A stretch of 64,000 bases of DNA, taken from an uncultured Methanosarcinaceae archaeon. GTDB taxonomy: Archaea > Halobacteriota > Methanosarcinia > Methanosarcinales > Methanosarcinaceae. Of this stretch, positions 1 through 9,899 are shown in pieces. Position 1 is the first letter of the stretch, and every line of letters begins with the position of its first letter. The notes beneath the pieces were generated by a model. That model saw only the letters and a program-made list of their open reading frames with translations. It made no database searches and was not told the DNA's origin. The stretch lies in NCBI GenBank assembly GCA_963847185.1, contig CAWJYV010000005.1, positions 1-64,000 on the forward strand, read 5' to 3'. Both the position numbers and the translations under genes were made by a program.

Positions 1-443
1 CTATCAATTAATTTGTTTTTAACTTCGTCCCGTGAGTCAAATATTAATGAGCATCCCCACTAACTAATATTAATTTGATTTTATAAATTGCTTTTGTGAT
101 ATTTGTAAAATAAGCCCCAGACGGTTCTTTTATTATTTAATTTGTGTTTGAGTAGTTTATACAGACATCAAGGAATTTATAGGCACAATCTCTCTAAATT
201 ACAGATGCACGAATAAATTTCGCAGAGATTTTTTTGTAATCTTTCTCGCAGAATAGTGGTCTTAGCGCAGTAGTTTAGAGGCTACTTTCCCAGTTCAATT
301 TTAAAACTAAGCTCCGAAGGACAAAAGATATTTTCCTGGGATAGTAATGCTTATTATTCTTTATTGTGAATGTACTATGGTCGTCTTTCTAACCTATAAG
401 TATATAGTATAGTACTATTACTTCTCTAAATGGGAGAAGATAA

Positions 444-1244
444 ATGACTGTTTTGAGTATTTTGAGTTGTAAAATACTTCAGGATGAAATAATTTGGCTT
501 ATTGTAAATGATTCTCAAATAAAGAGAATTCTAATTGTAGCAAATGGGAATATCTCCGAATTTATAGAAAAACTAGATGAACAGCATATCTGTTATGACA
601 TTGTTCCGTTCAAAAAGCTACCACAGGCACTTAATAATGTCGACAAGGATGAACTCGCTGTTGTAATTAACCTTATGGAACTTGGGCTTCATGCAGCACC
701 AAAAATATTGAAATCTGAAGTTTATCAAAATATCAGGGAAATGACACCATTCTCCAATGGAATACTCATTTTTTACGGTCTTTGTGGTAACGTTCTGGGC
801 AATGTGGAGGAAGACTTCTGCCTGGAAAAAGATAGTTGCACGGTGCGGATACTAAGGGATGACGAAAGAATCGTAGATGACTGCATCGGAGCAACGGTGG
901 GAGGTGGTGCAAACTACCTTAAATTGCTTAAAACCCACAGTAAAGAGCCTGCTTTCTTTTTTACACCTATGTATGCCAGTTCATGGAAAGAACTTTTAAA
1001 CATTAATAAACTTCATTCTAATCCTGAAAAGGCAATAAAAATGGCAAAAAAGATCAATAACTTAGCAGGATATTCAAGAGTTGCAAAAGTCAATACAGGT
1101 CTTACATATGTAAAGGACATCGATGCAAAGATTGAAGAATATGCTAAATTGTTTGGATATAGCATGTTCGAGATCAGTGGCAATCAGAAAGTATTCGAGA
1201 ATTGTTATCTCTCGATAAAAAATGAAATACATAATAACGATTAA
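444..1244 (+). CDS. DUF1638-domain protein
   Basis: 266-aa ORF with RBS-like GGGAG; motifs LGLH..P, FYGLCG and VDDCIG are typical of Methanosarcina DUF1638 proteins. Confidence 0.8.
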   Translation: MTVLSILSCKILQDEIIWLIVNDSQIKRILIVANGNISEFIEKLDEQHICYDIVPFKKLPQALNNVDKDELAVVINLMELGLHAAPKILKSEVYQNIREMTPFSNGILIFYGLCGNVLGNVEEDFCLEKDSCTVRILRDDERIVDDCIGATVGGGANYLKLLKTHSKEPAFFFTPMYASSWKELLNINKLHSNPEKAIKMAKKINNLAGYSRVAKVNTGLTYVKDIDAKIEEYAKLFGYSMFEISGNQKVFENCYLSIKNEIHNND

Positions 1245-1256
1245 TAAAAGCTAATT

Positions 1257-1310
1257 ATGCCGGTCTTAAGTATAGTTGCCTGTGAAATGCTTGAAGATGG
1301 ATTTAGATGA
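1257..1310 (+). pseudogene. N-terminal stub of a second DUF1638 paralog
   Basis: ATG CCG GTC TTA AGT ATA GTT GCC TGT GAA ATG CTT GAA GAT = MPVLSIVACEMLED, matching MTVLSILSCKILQD of the upstream gene; stops after 17 codons. Confidence 0.6.
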
Positions 1311-1313
1311 AAG

Positions 1314-2705
1314 TTATAATAACTTTTCAATTTTAAGTAGCTCATCGGCTTCTTCTTTACTTAAAATTCCTCTCATTATTACAATGTCCTTAACAGGCAT
1401 TTTCTTCTTCAGCACTTCTTTTGCGACTTCTGCAGCCTTAAGATACCCGATCTTTGGAGCAAGAAAAGTTACAAGAATAGGATTTAGCTCAAGGTAAGCT
1501 CTGCACCTATCTTCATGAGCCTTAATCCCTTCTACACAACGTTCCTGAAAAACTGGTAGATAATTCGTTAATAGGGAGATGGATACAAGAATATTGGAGG
1601 TCATTACAGGGGTCATAACATTTAGCTCGAGCTGCCCTGCCTGAGCTGCAAGAGCGACTGTTGTATCGTTTCCCACAATCTGGAAGCCTATCATGTCAAG
1701 ACATTCGGCCATTACAGGATTATATTTCCCTGGCATTATGGATGATCCCGGCTGTACAGCCGGAAGTTCAATTTCGGAAATTCCGGTGGTAGGGCCGGCA
1801 TTAAGGAGCCTGAGATCGTTAGCTATTCTTATAAGTTCAAGTGCAAGTTCCCGGAGAGATCCTGAAAAGGCTGCAAGCTGGGATCGGCTCTGCAAAGCTT
1901 CGAAACTGTCAACTGCCCTTTTAAAAGGAAGTTTGCAAAGCTCGGACAGTATTGAGATTACAAGTTCCTGATAACCCGGAAACGTATTTGCCCCTGTTCC
2001 GGTTGCAGTGCCTCCTAATGGAAGCTCGAGAAGATCATCTCTCCGTTCTTTTATCCTGCGCGAAGCCTTCAATAGCGCAAATGAATAAGCTCCGAACTCG
2101 TCACCAAGCGTAACAGGTATGGCATCCATAAGATGTGTCCGGCCTGATTTCGGGATTCCCGAAAATTCCTCTGCTTTTGCCCGAAAAGCTCCAGAAAGAG
2201 AAGAAAGTACATCTTGGAGCCTGTCAGCTGCAAAAATAATGGCTATGTAGGAGGCGGTTGGAAAAGTGTCATTAGTTGACTGAGCCTGATTCACGTGATC
2301 GTTAGGGCTCAGGAAAGTATAATCCCCTCTTTTCTGTCCCAGTATTTCGAGAGCGCGGTTAGCTAGAACCTCATTTATGTTCATATTAAAAGAAGTACCT
2401 GCGCCTGCCTGAAATACGTCCACAGGAAACTGGTCTGAATATCTTCCTCCGAGATCGTTAAGGACTTCCTCGGCTGCTACCACGATTGCATTACCTCTCT
2501 CTTGATCAAGACTTCCAAGCTCAATATTAGCAAGGGTTGCTGCCTTTTTTATTAGAATGTATGCCCTGACGAATTCCGGCCTTGCCATATGCCCGCTGAC
2601 CGGAAAATTAAAGATAGCCCGCTGGGTCTGGATGCCATAATAGGCATTTTCAGGGATTTCCATTTCTCCCAGGGAATCCCTCTCGATTCGGGTTTTCGGA
2701 GTAAT
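1314..2705 (-). CDS. aspA: Aspartate ammonia-lyase / class II fumarase family lyase (aspartase-like)
   Basis: Signature GSSIMPGKYNP; DVFQAGAGTSFNMN, QSTNDTFPT and GRTHLMDA. Conserved TRIERDSLG lies upstream of the 2663 ATG, so the probable start is ATT at 2705. Confidence 0.8.
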   Translation of the reverse strand: MTPKTRIERDSLGEMEIPENAYYGIQTQRAIFNFPVSGHMARPEFVRAYILIKKAATLANIELGSLDQERGNAIVVAAEEVLNDLGGRYSDQFPVDVFQAGAGTSFNMNINEVLANRALEILGQKRGDYTFLSPNDHVNQAQSTNDTFPTASYIAIIFAADRLQDVLSSLSGAFRAKAEEFSGIPKSGRTHLMDAIPVTLGDEFGAYSFALLKASRRIKERRDDLLELPLGGTATGTGANTFPGYQELVISILSELCKLPFKRAVDSFEALQSRSQLAAFSGSLRELALELIRIANDLRLLNAGPTTGISEIELPAVQPGSSIMPGKYNPVMAECLDMIGFQIVGNDTTVALAAQAGQLELNVMTPVMTSNILVSISLLTNYLPVFQERCVEGIKAHEDRCRAYLELNPILVTFLAPKIGYLKAAEVAKEVLKKKMPVKDIVIMRGILSKEEADELLKIEKLL

Positions 2706-2747
2706 AGACTCACCTCAGAAAATTATTATTCAAAAGCTTCAGAATAT

Positions 2748-3515
2748 TTACTCGGGTTCCTTTCTAAGTTCTTTGATTTCCCTTCTGGCCTTCCCGATTC
2801 CTTCAATAGGTGGAACACCTTTCGGGCAGACAGCCTTGCAGTTGGCATGAAACTTACAACCCCACCAGCCGAATTTGCTGTTAGCAAGCATGAGTCTCGA
2901 TTCCTTATCTGCCTCACGCGGATCAATATGAAATCTGTATAGCTTTGCAAGAGCAGCAGGGCCCAAAAATTCGTTTTCTTTTCCCGAGACCGGGCAGGAA
3001 CCCACACAGGCAGCGCAGAGTATGCAGTTTGTATACTTCTCAAGCTCATTTACCGATTCAGGCGTCATAAGCCACTCCTTTTCAGGGAGAGAGGAAGCTG
3101 GTTTTAATGTCGGCTCGACTGCCCTGTAGAACTCAAAGAATTTGTCCATATCCACAATGAGGTCCTTTACTTTAGGCAGAGAAGGGAGAGGTTCCACAAG
3201 GATCTCATTTTCAGGATCCCAGGAGATGGTATCTTCCATTCCCGGAAAAGGCTTCAGTTTTATATTCCCTTTACCTTTAAGAAGGGATTCTATCTGGACT
3301 CTGCAAGCAAGCCTTGGGATCTTATTAATCAGCATTGCGCAACTCCCGCAGACGGCACCCCTACAGGAATAGCGGAAGGCAAGGGAATCGTCGATCTCTT
3401 CCTGAATTTTGAACAGCGCGGAAAGGACCGTCATCCCTGATGAGGGTTCGATTTCAAATATGTCGTAATGGTAATCCCCGGTCTCCCTATCAAAGCGGAA
3501 TATCTTCAATTTCAT
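2748..3515 (-). CDS. sdhB: Succinate dehydrogenase/fumarate reductase iron-sulfur subunit
   Basis: SCRGAVCGSC...LAC (2Fe-2S), CILCAACVGSCP (4Fe-4S), CKFHANCKAVCP (3Fe-4S), FLGPAAL; start overlaps the flavoprotein stop. Confidence 0.9.
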   Translation of the reverse strand: MKLKIFRFDRETGDYHYDIFEIEPSSGMTVLSALFKIQEEIDDSLAFRYSCRGAVCGSCAMLINKIPRLACRVQIESLLKGKGNIKLKPFPGMEDTISWDPENEILVEPLPSLPKVKDLIVDMDKFFEFYRAVEPTLKPASSLPEKEWLMTPESVNELEKYTNCILCAACVGSCPVSGKENEFLGPAALAKLYRFHIDPREADKESRLMLANSKFGWWGCKFHANCKAVCPKGVPPIEGIGKARREIKELRKEPE

Positions 3516-5308
3516 CAGTACACGCGCTCCTTTACCGGGAATTTTCCGAGCCTTACGGGCAGAGATTCAAGAACAGGTTGTCTATCTTTGAGCCTGTAGA
3601 TTGTATGATATAGAAACTTTTCATCATCCCTTTCTGGATAATCAACCCTTGAATGAGATCCACGGCTCTCTTGCCTGGCAATAGCCCCCCTTGCAACAGC
3701 TTCTGCAATATCAAATAGGCCTTCGAGTTCAAGGGTATAGATAAGTGCATGATTGAATAGAGAAGACTTATTGTTTATATAAACTTCAGGATAAGTGGTT
3801 TTGAGTTCAAGGAGTTTTTTCAACCCTTTTTCCATCTTACTCCCTTCCCGAAAGACTCCGAAATACTCAAACATTGTTTTTTTCAGTTCATCCCTGAGAC
3901 TGTGCATCTTTACCCCGGATTTCCTGGCAAGCAGGGCTTTTATTCGTGAGTCTTCTGCTGACAGGCGTTTACGGACAGCCTTTTCAGCCCCCTTTCTATC
4001 CCAGCTTCCAGATGATGGAAAATTTTTCCCAATCTCCTGTCCAGCAAGCTTTCCAAAAACTACAGTCTCAAGCAGTGAATTACCCCCTAGGCGGTTTGCC
4101 CCATGCACGCTGACGCAGGAACATTCCCCTGCTGCATATAAGCCGGGCAGTTCAGTTGCAAGGTCATTTCCTGCAGCCACGCCTCCCATCGAATAGTGCT
4201 GGCCAGGTTGTACAGGAATTGGAGTTTCAACAGGGTCCACACCTGCAAAATCTATGGAAATTAGCCTTATCCCTGGAAGGCGTTCTGCAATTTTCTCCTT
4301 TTTCAGATGCCTGAGATCAAGGAGCACATAACCGCCTTCAAACCCCCTGCCTTCATCAATCTCCTGCTGTGCTGCCCTAGCAACTATATCCCTTGGTGCA
4401 AGTTCCATGGATTTTGGGGCATATTTCTCCATGAAACGTTCGTTTCTGCTGTTTAGAAGGTATCCTCCTTCCCCTCTAGCTCCTTCAGTGATAAGGATAT
4501 TCGTATCGTAAAGGGTAGTTGGGTGGAACTGCACAAATTCCATGTCTTTTAAAGGCACGCCTGCCCTGAGAGCCAGAGAAGCTCCATCTCCGGTATTAAT
4601 CAGGGAATTTGTTGAGCGGGCAAAAAGTCTCCCAAAACCCCCAGTAGCAAGTAGTAGAGAATAGCATGTGAAACCATGCAGGCTGCTGTCAGCGATATTT
4701 ACTGCAATACAGCCTGCACACCTTTTCGCTTTTCTGGAGCCTTTTTCAAAAGAATCATTTCCTACTTTTACCAAGGAGCTTACAAAGAATTCATCATAAA
4801 AGGTAAGTTTTCCCCCCTTTCCTTTTTCATTTTTCTCTCTGCCTACAAGCTGTTCGTAAAGAGTATGCAGAATGTTATGTCCCGTACGGTCTGCAGCATA
4901 GCAGGTTCTTGGAAACATCCCTCCTCCAAAAGACCTCTGGGCGATCCTGCCGTCTGGAAGCCGTGAAAAGACGGTTCCGAAATGTTCAAGTTCTATTATT
5001 GCAGCAGGCGCGTTTTTACACATGATTTCTACTGCATCCTGATCAGCCAGGTAGTCCGAACCCTTGACCGTATCAAATGCATGGTCTTCCCAGGAATCCG
5101 CAGCAGCAGCATTTCCAAGGGCTGCGTTTATCCCGCCTTGGGCTGAAACGGAATGGGAGCGGAGAGGATGAACCTTTGAAATAATAGCTGTATCTAACCC
5201 CTGATCTATAGTCTCAATTGCTGCACGAAGTCCGGTCAGCCCGGCCCCAACGATAATCACGTCATGTGAATGGATAGAATAGCCTGTTTCTGTTCCTTCG
5301 TCTTTCAA
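3515..5308 (-). CDS. sdhA: Succinate dehydrogenase/fumarate reductase flavoprotein subunit
   Basis: [16 protein letters not shown] (covalent FAD His), [45 protein letters not shown]. Confidence 0.92.
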   Translation of the reverse strand: MKDEGTETGYSIHSHDVIIVGAGLTGLRAAIETIDQGLDTAIISKVHPLRSHSVSAQGGINAALGNAAAADSWEDHAFDTVKGSDYLADQDAVEIMCKNAPAAIIELEHFGTVFSRLPDGRIAQRSFGGGMFPRTCYAADRTGHNILHTLYEQLVGREKNEKGKGGKLTFYDEFFVSSLVKVGNDSFEKGSRKAKRCAGCIAVNIADSSLHGFTCYSLLLATGGFGRLFARSTNSLINTGDGASLALRAGVPLKDMEFVQFHPTTLYDTNILITEGARGEGGYLLNSRNERFMEKYAPKSMELAPRDIVARAAQQEIDEGRGFEGGYVLLDLRHLKKEKIAERLPGIRLISIDFAGVDPVETPIPVQPGQHYSMGGVAAGNDLATELPGLYAAGECSCVSVHGANRLGGNSLLETVVFGKLAGQEIGKNFPSSGSWDRKGAEKAVRKRLSAEDSRIKALLARKSGVKMHSLRDELKKTMFEYFGVFREGSKMEKGLKKLLELKTTYPEVYINNKSSLFNHALIYTLELEGLFDIAEAVARGAIARQESRGSHSRVDYPERDDEKFLYHTIYRLKDRQPVLESLPVRLGKFPVKERVY

Positions 5309-5525
5309 TTATCTTCCCCCACATTTGATTTCAATAGTACAAAATTTGTGAAGAATTAACCTGGAAAATCAAAAAGTTTTGAGCATTAGAGATTAGGTAT
5401 TAGAAATTATATATTAGAGATTTGCATTAGAATTTACATGTAAGATTTTTTAGTTCTATCGAAAAACTTTCATTTTGAGTCTCGTAATTTACCGAATATT
5501 CTGTGAGGCATTGATAACGCTTACT

Positions 5526-5805
5526 TTATTCAGAAAAAAACTCTCTCCAGAACTTCTTCAAGATTATCTTCTTTCCTGAAGTTGAAATCTGCAGCCCCAA
5601 TCCGAAACCCCCGGCAAAGAGAGAAAATCCAGGGTTTCTATAGTCCAGCTCGAAATCCTCTAAATTTATCTTTTTCTGCTCCCTTGATAAAACCAAAGAA
5701 CATGTCAGCGATAATAAGGGCAACTATAGAGATTCCATATCAGATTACAGTCTTGAAAGCCTGGAAGTTTCTCGTAAAGCCATAATTTCTATATTGAGTT
5801 CCCAT
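5526..5805 (-). pseudogene. Degraded small membrane-protein gene (family uncertain, VIT1/CCC1-like at best)
   Basis: ATG at about 5805 opens MGTQYRNY...TVI*YGISIVALIIADMFFGFIKG...AGL*; hydrophobic text continues in another frame (GFSLFAGGFGLGL). Confidence 0.3.
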
Positions 5806-5846
5806 CAAATTTTATAAATCTCACGTGTTGCCTTCATTTGTATCCT

Positions 5847-7292
5847 TTATTTATTAACTGTTACAGTTTTGATATTCACAAATTCCTTGATCCCGTAATG
5901 AGAAAGCTCCCTTCCAACTCCGGACTTTTTGATCCCACCAAAAGGCAGCCTTGGATCCGACTTGACCATTCCATTTACAGCTACAAATCCTGACTTAATC
6001 TTCTTTGCCAGCCTCAATGCTCTTCCAAGGTTTTCAGACCAGATTTCAGCCCCAAGCCCGAACTCTGTAGAGTTTGCAAGTTCCACTGCCTCATCTTCAT
6101 CTTTTGCAGTTATTATCGGTGCAACAGGCCCGAAAACCTCAATATTAAACACCTTCATGTCACTGCTAGCTCCAGGAATAATAGTAGGATTGAAGAAAAA
6201 GCCTTTCTCGTGCTCCTCACCATAAGTCTGAGGCTTGGCTCCCTTTTCAATTGCTTCTTTAAGGATTCCATCGAGACTGTCAATAAATTCCTTCTTTGCA
6301 AGTGGCCCTATATCGGTCTCCTCATCCATTGGATCTCCTATTTTCAATTCCTTTGTATAACGTTCAAAAGCTTTGATAAAATCCCCTACTACATCTTCTA
6401 CCACAATGAATCTCTTGGCAGCGATACAACTCTGGCCGGTATTTATAAATCGGGATTTTACAGCTAACCGAGCAGCTTTTTCAATATCGGCATCCTCAAG
6501 CACTATAAATGGATCAGATCCTCCCAGTTCCAGTACAAGCGGTTCAATTGCTTCTCCTGAGAGTTTCCCAATCTCTGAGCCTGCACCTATGCTGCCGGTA
6601 AGCGAAACTCCATTCACTAGGTCAGCTTTAAGAATCTCCATTGCAGTTTTTGAGTCAATTAAAAAACTCTTGAAAACTCCCTCAGGAAGTCCAGCTTCTA
6701 AAAAGACTTTTTCAATCTCCAAGGCTGATCTTGGCACATTTGAAGCATGTTTAAGCACACAGACATTTCCTGCACACATTGCAGGCACTGCAAACCTGAA
6801 AACCTGCCAGAATGGAAAATTCCATGGCATAATCCCAAAAATTACTCCCAGAGGCTCACAAGTAACGTAACTTTTCTCAGATCCGGTATCTACAACCTCA
6901 TCTTTCAAAAATTCAGCTGCATCTTTTGCGTAATAGTTACAGAGCTGAGTACATTTCTCAGATCCTGTATCTACAACCTCATCGTTCAGGAACTCAGGAG
7001 CTTTCTCCGCGTAATAATCACACAGCCACGTGCATTTCTGAATTTCGGCTCTCGACTGCGTGATAGGTTTTCCCATTTCCTTCGTAATGATTTCGGCATA
7101 GGTATTTGTGTTTTGTCGAAGTACTTCCCCAACCTTAGCAAAAAATTTTGCTCTCTCTTCAATAGATAGCGAACTCCAGGTCAGAAAAGCTTTTCTAGAC
7201 TTTTCTATCTGTGCATTACACTCTCCAAAAGAAAGCAAATCATAAGTCCAGTTTACTTCCTCAGTATAAGGATTAATGGATTCTATTTTCAT
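5847..7292 (-). CDS. gabD: NAD(P)-dependent succinate-semialdehyde dehydrogenase (ALDH family)
   Basis: MPWNFPFWQVFR, LKHASNVP, LELGGSDP, NTGQSCIA, EVFGP, PFGGIKKSG; carries an internal 27-aa duplication. Confidence 0.85.
   Translation of the reverse strand: MKIESINPYTEEVNWTYDLLSFGECNAQIEKSRKAFLTWSSLSIEERAKFFAKVGEVLRQNTNTYAEIITKEMGKPITQSRAEIQKCTWLCDYYAEKAPEFLNDEVVDTGSEKCTQLCNYYAKDAAEFLKDEVVDTGSEKSYVTCEPLGVIFGIMPWNFPFWQVFRFAVPAMCAGNVCVLKHASNVPRSALEIEKVFLEAGLPEGVFKSFLIDSKTAMEILKADLVNGVSLTGSIGAGSEIGKLSGEAIEPLVLELGGSDPFIVLEDADIEKAARLAVKSRFINTGQSCIAAKRFIVVEDVVGDFIKAFERYTKELKIGDPMDEETDIGPLAKKEFIDSLDGILKEAIEKGAKPQTYGEEHEKGFFFNPTIIPGASSDMKVFNIEVFGPVAPIITAKDEDEAVELANSTEFGLGAEIWSENLGRALRLAKKIKSGFVAVNGMVKSDPRLPFGGIKKSGVGRELSHYGIKEFVNIKTVTVNK
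6873..7037. repeat. Diverged in-frame 81-bp tandem duplication inside the SSADH gene
   Basis: tttctcagatcc.gtatctacaacctcatc begins at 6873 and at 6954 (period 81). Confidence 0.85.
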
Positions 7293-7617
7293 TATTTCCC
7301 CCCAAAAAAAAGTTGTTTATTAATGTTTAAGCTCCCTGTACTATAATTAAAGGATAAATAAAACCTGAAAAGGAAGAGATTTCATTAATTAATATATTAT
7401 GTACTACAGCTTATTCTCCTGTTTATCCTGGATAACAGACCGGCTAACAGAGAGAATTAAAAGAAAGAAGTTTTAGAATTTTGGATTTATCATATCAATG
7501 ATAGAGTTGACCCAGTAACCATAATTGAAGAACGAAAAGTCAGACAATTTAGGTATTATAGTTACTGGGAGAATACAGGTAGTTAATTGTTTATTGTCTT
7601 TATTACGGATTTCCTTT

Positions 7618-7944
7618 TCAAGTGGCTTTGCCATTCTGGCAGAAGTACATAGAAGGAGTGCCATCTCCGAGATTATATTCTTTCCAGACTGCACAGGTGT
7701 AGCAAATGCACTGCTGGTCAGGGTTAAGGTCCTGACAGGTAGCTTTACCCGTGGAACAATATACGCCAGGAACATTTTGAGGTTCAGGAACATTTCCTTC
7801 TCCTGCACTTTCCAATGCCTTTACCAGGCCGTCAAGTTTATCCATTGCACACTTGCTGTTAGCCTGGACAGGACACTTTGGGCACATGCACCTTTTGATA
7901 TTTTCTAAGGTATACGGAACTTTACTATTTTCACTCGTATTCAT
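7618..7944 (-). CDS. DUF2769-domain Cys-rich protein
   Basis: CMCPKCPVQ...YCSTGKA...CICYTCAV...YFC pattern. Confidence 0.75.
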   Translation of the reverse strand: MNTSENSKVPYTLENIKRCMCPKCPVQANSKCAMDKLDGLVKALESAGEGNVPEPQNVPGVYCSTGKATCQDLNPDQQCICYTCAVWKEYNLGDGTPSMYFCQNGKAT

Positions 7945-8513
7945 TATATCCCCCGAAATAATATTCATAGAAAAATATTCATTTCATATTTTAAGTTTAG
8001 AGAATAAAAGTCTTTTCAGTTTACTGAAAGTTATAACTTATGCAGTTGAACTCAAAAATTAATAATAAGGCTTACCTAGAGCCACAGAAGAATCGCACTA
8101 TATAGAGAATGCAGAGTGAAAAGAGATTAGAGGAAATAGAAATACCGAAGTGGCTAATTAATTAAGCAGCCTATGATATGCAATAAGAGAAGGCAGAAAG
8201 AGCAAGGTAAATTCATTGATGGTTGCATAAAACCAATGCGATGATATCGATTGGAAACAGATTGAGAAATACAACTCCTTATCATAAATATATATGATTT
8301 GATCTTACGGATTCCTGGATATTATTAATTGTTCTCCCAGATGTTCCGAGCTCCAGCACGTCAGCTATAATTATTCGGGAGGTTATCACGATAAGAAAGG
8401 AGTTTCCAATACTGCCCGGCAGTTGGTCTGAAACAAAGTTCTTGCGAAAAGTTAAAGGCTGGCGGCAGAATAGAAAGATAAATTATTAGCTTTGGAACTG
8501 AAAAAAGAATTAG

Positions 8514-8598
8514 TGCGAGAGGTGCGATTCGAACGCACGAACTCCTACAAGACTGGACTCTGAATCCAGCGCCTTTGACCTGGCTGGGCAACTCTCGC
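8514..8598 (-). tRNA. tRNA-Leu(CAG)
   Basis: GCGAGAG...CTCTCGCA acceptor stem; anticodon arm CTGGA-TTCAGAG-TCCAG; long variable arm; GTTCGAAT. Confidence 0.95.
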
Positions 8599-8640
8599 AT
8601 ATTGATGTTTTACTTTGTTAAAATCTAGTTATCTATAAAA

Positions 8641-8676
8641 CTTAGAATCTGTCGCCTTTGGCTGGGCAACCCTCGC
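8641..8676 (-). pseudogene. 5' remnant of a second tRNA-Leu
   Basis: Minus strand GCGAGGGTTGCCCAGCCAAAGGCGACAGA matches the tRNA-Leu 5' half with a D-loop deletion; no 3' half. Confidence 0.65.
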
Positions 8677-8719
8677 ACGATATGGCTTATGTTGCAACAG
8701 CACATAGTAGTGCTCTTTG

Positions 8720-8736
8720 TTTTTATACTTTTTCCT
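8720..8736 (-). promoter_or_regulatory. BRE/TATA promoter of the tRNA-Leu transcript
   Basis: Minus strand GGAAAAAGTATAAAAA about 45 nt upstream of the tRNA remnant. Confidence 0.55.
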
Positions 8737-8858
8737 TGAAAGCCTTTTCTGAGAATGAAATTTGCTATGGGTTTTCGGATGGGTATTTTTTCCGGGAAGC
8801 CGGGTTCTTTATGTCCTTTTATCGTTTATAAAGGAAATTTAGAAATTGATGAAACTTT

Positions 8859-9767
8859 TCATTTCATCAATTTCAGGATAAGGGCTTTTTGAGCGTGAAG
8901 GCGGTTTTCGGCTTCTTCGAAGATGACTGAGTTCGGGCCGTCCATAACCTCGTCCGTAATTTCCAGGCCTCTTCTCGCTGGGAGGCAGTGCATGACTATT
9001 GCGTCCGGTTTTGCAGCCTCCAGGAGTTCAGTGTTGATCTGGAAGGAGGCAAAGTCCTTCAGGCGCTTTTCCTGTTCGGCTTCATCACCCATGGAAACCC
9101 AGACATCGGTGTAGAGAACATCTGCATCTTTTGCGGCAACTTTCGGGTCATCTGTGATTGTGAACTTGCCTCCGAGGGCTTTTGCCTTTTCAAGGAACTC
9201 GGCTTTTGGTTCGTATCCTTTCGGGCAGGCGATGGCAAATTCCATCCCCATGATAGCCGAGCCGAGTAAGGCTGAGTTGCAGACGTTATTTCCGTCACCT
9301 ATCCAGGCGAATTTCAGGCCCTCAAACCTGCTTTTATACTCTATGATTGTCATAAAATCACCAAGTATCTGGCAGGGGTGTTCCCTGTCTGAAAGGGCAT
9401 TGATCACAGGTATGCTTGAGTATTCGGCAAGCTTCTTCACAGTTTCGTGGCTCAGGACCCTGGCCATGATTCCATGCAGGTAGCCGGAAAGAGTTCTGGC
9501 TGTATCTTCGATAGTTTCGCCTCTTCCTATCTGGATATCCTTTGTGCTCAGGTAAAGGGCATGCCCTCCAAAATCTGACATTGCAACTTCAAAGGATACT
9601 CTAGTTCTTGTAGACGATTTCTCGAAAATCATCCCAAGGCTTTTGTTCTTCAAATACTCGGTAGATTCTCCTGCCTTGCGCTTCGCTTTCAGGTCCGCGG
9701 CCGATTCGAGGAGCTCGTAAATCTCCTCTTTCGACAGGTCAGTTATTGAAAGTACGTCTTTCTTCAT
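8859..9767 (-). CDS. argF: Ornithine carbamoyltransferase
   Basis: [36 protein letters not shown]. Confidence 0.97.
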   Translation of the reverse strand: MKKDVLSITDLSKEEIYELLESAADLKAKRKAGESTEYLKNKSLGMIFEKSSTRTRVSFEVAMSDFGGHALYLSTKDIQIGRGETIEDTARTLSGYLHGIMARVLSHETVKKLAEYSSIPVINALSDREHPCQILGDFMTIIEYKSRFEGLKFAWIGDGNNVCNSALLGSAIMGMEFAIACPKGYEPKAEFLEKAKALGGKFTITDDPKVAAKDADVLYTDVWVSMGDEAEQEKRLKDFASFQINTELLEAAKPDAIVMHCLPARRGLEITDEVMDGPNSVIFEEAENRLHAQKALILKLMK

Positions 9768-9899
9768 CGCTTCAACCCCGGTCATTATAGCTGAACTTAC
9801 TCTATTCTAGCTGAATTAAATTTTATTTACCACATAGCACATTCTATATTCCACATAGTACTTATTTGCACACCGTACTTTTGCAGACTTCTAAAATGG

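Noticed and set aside
2748-5308. Thiol:fumarate reductase TfrAB
   Set aside because: The B subunit is only 255 aa and lacks the CCG-domain extension of TfrB; A has the covalent-FAD His of Sdh/Frd
8300-8480. IS110-like transposase fragment (SAIII.E...ARQLV)
   Set aside because: The match needs frame changes and is too short to support
8514-8560. att-site duplication of the tRNA-Leu 3' end
   Set aside because: No second copy or integrase is seen in the window, so the island call rests on gene content only
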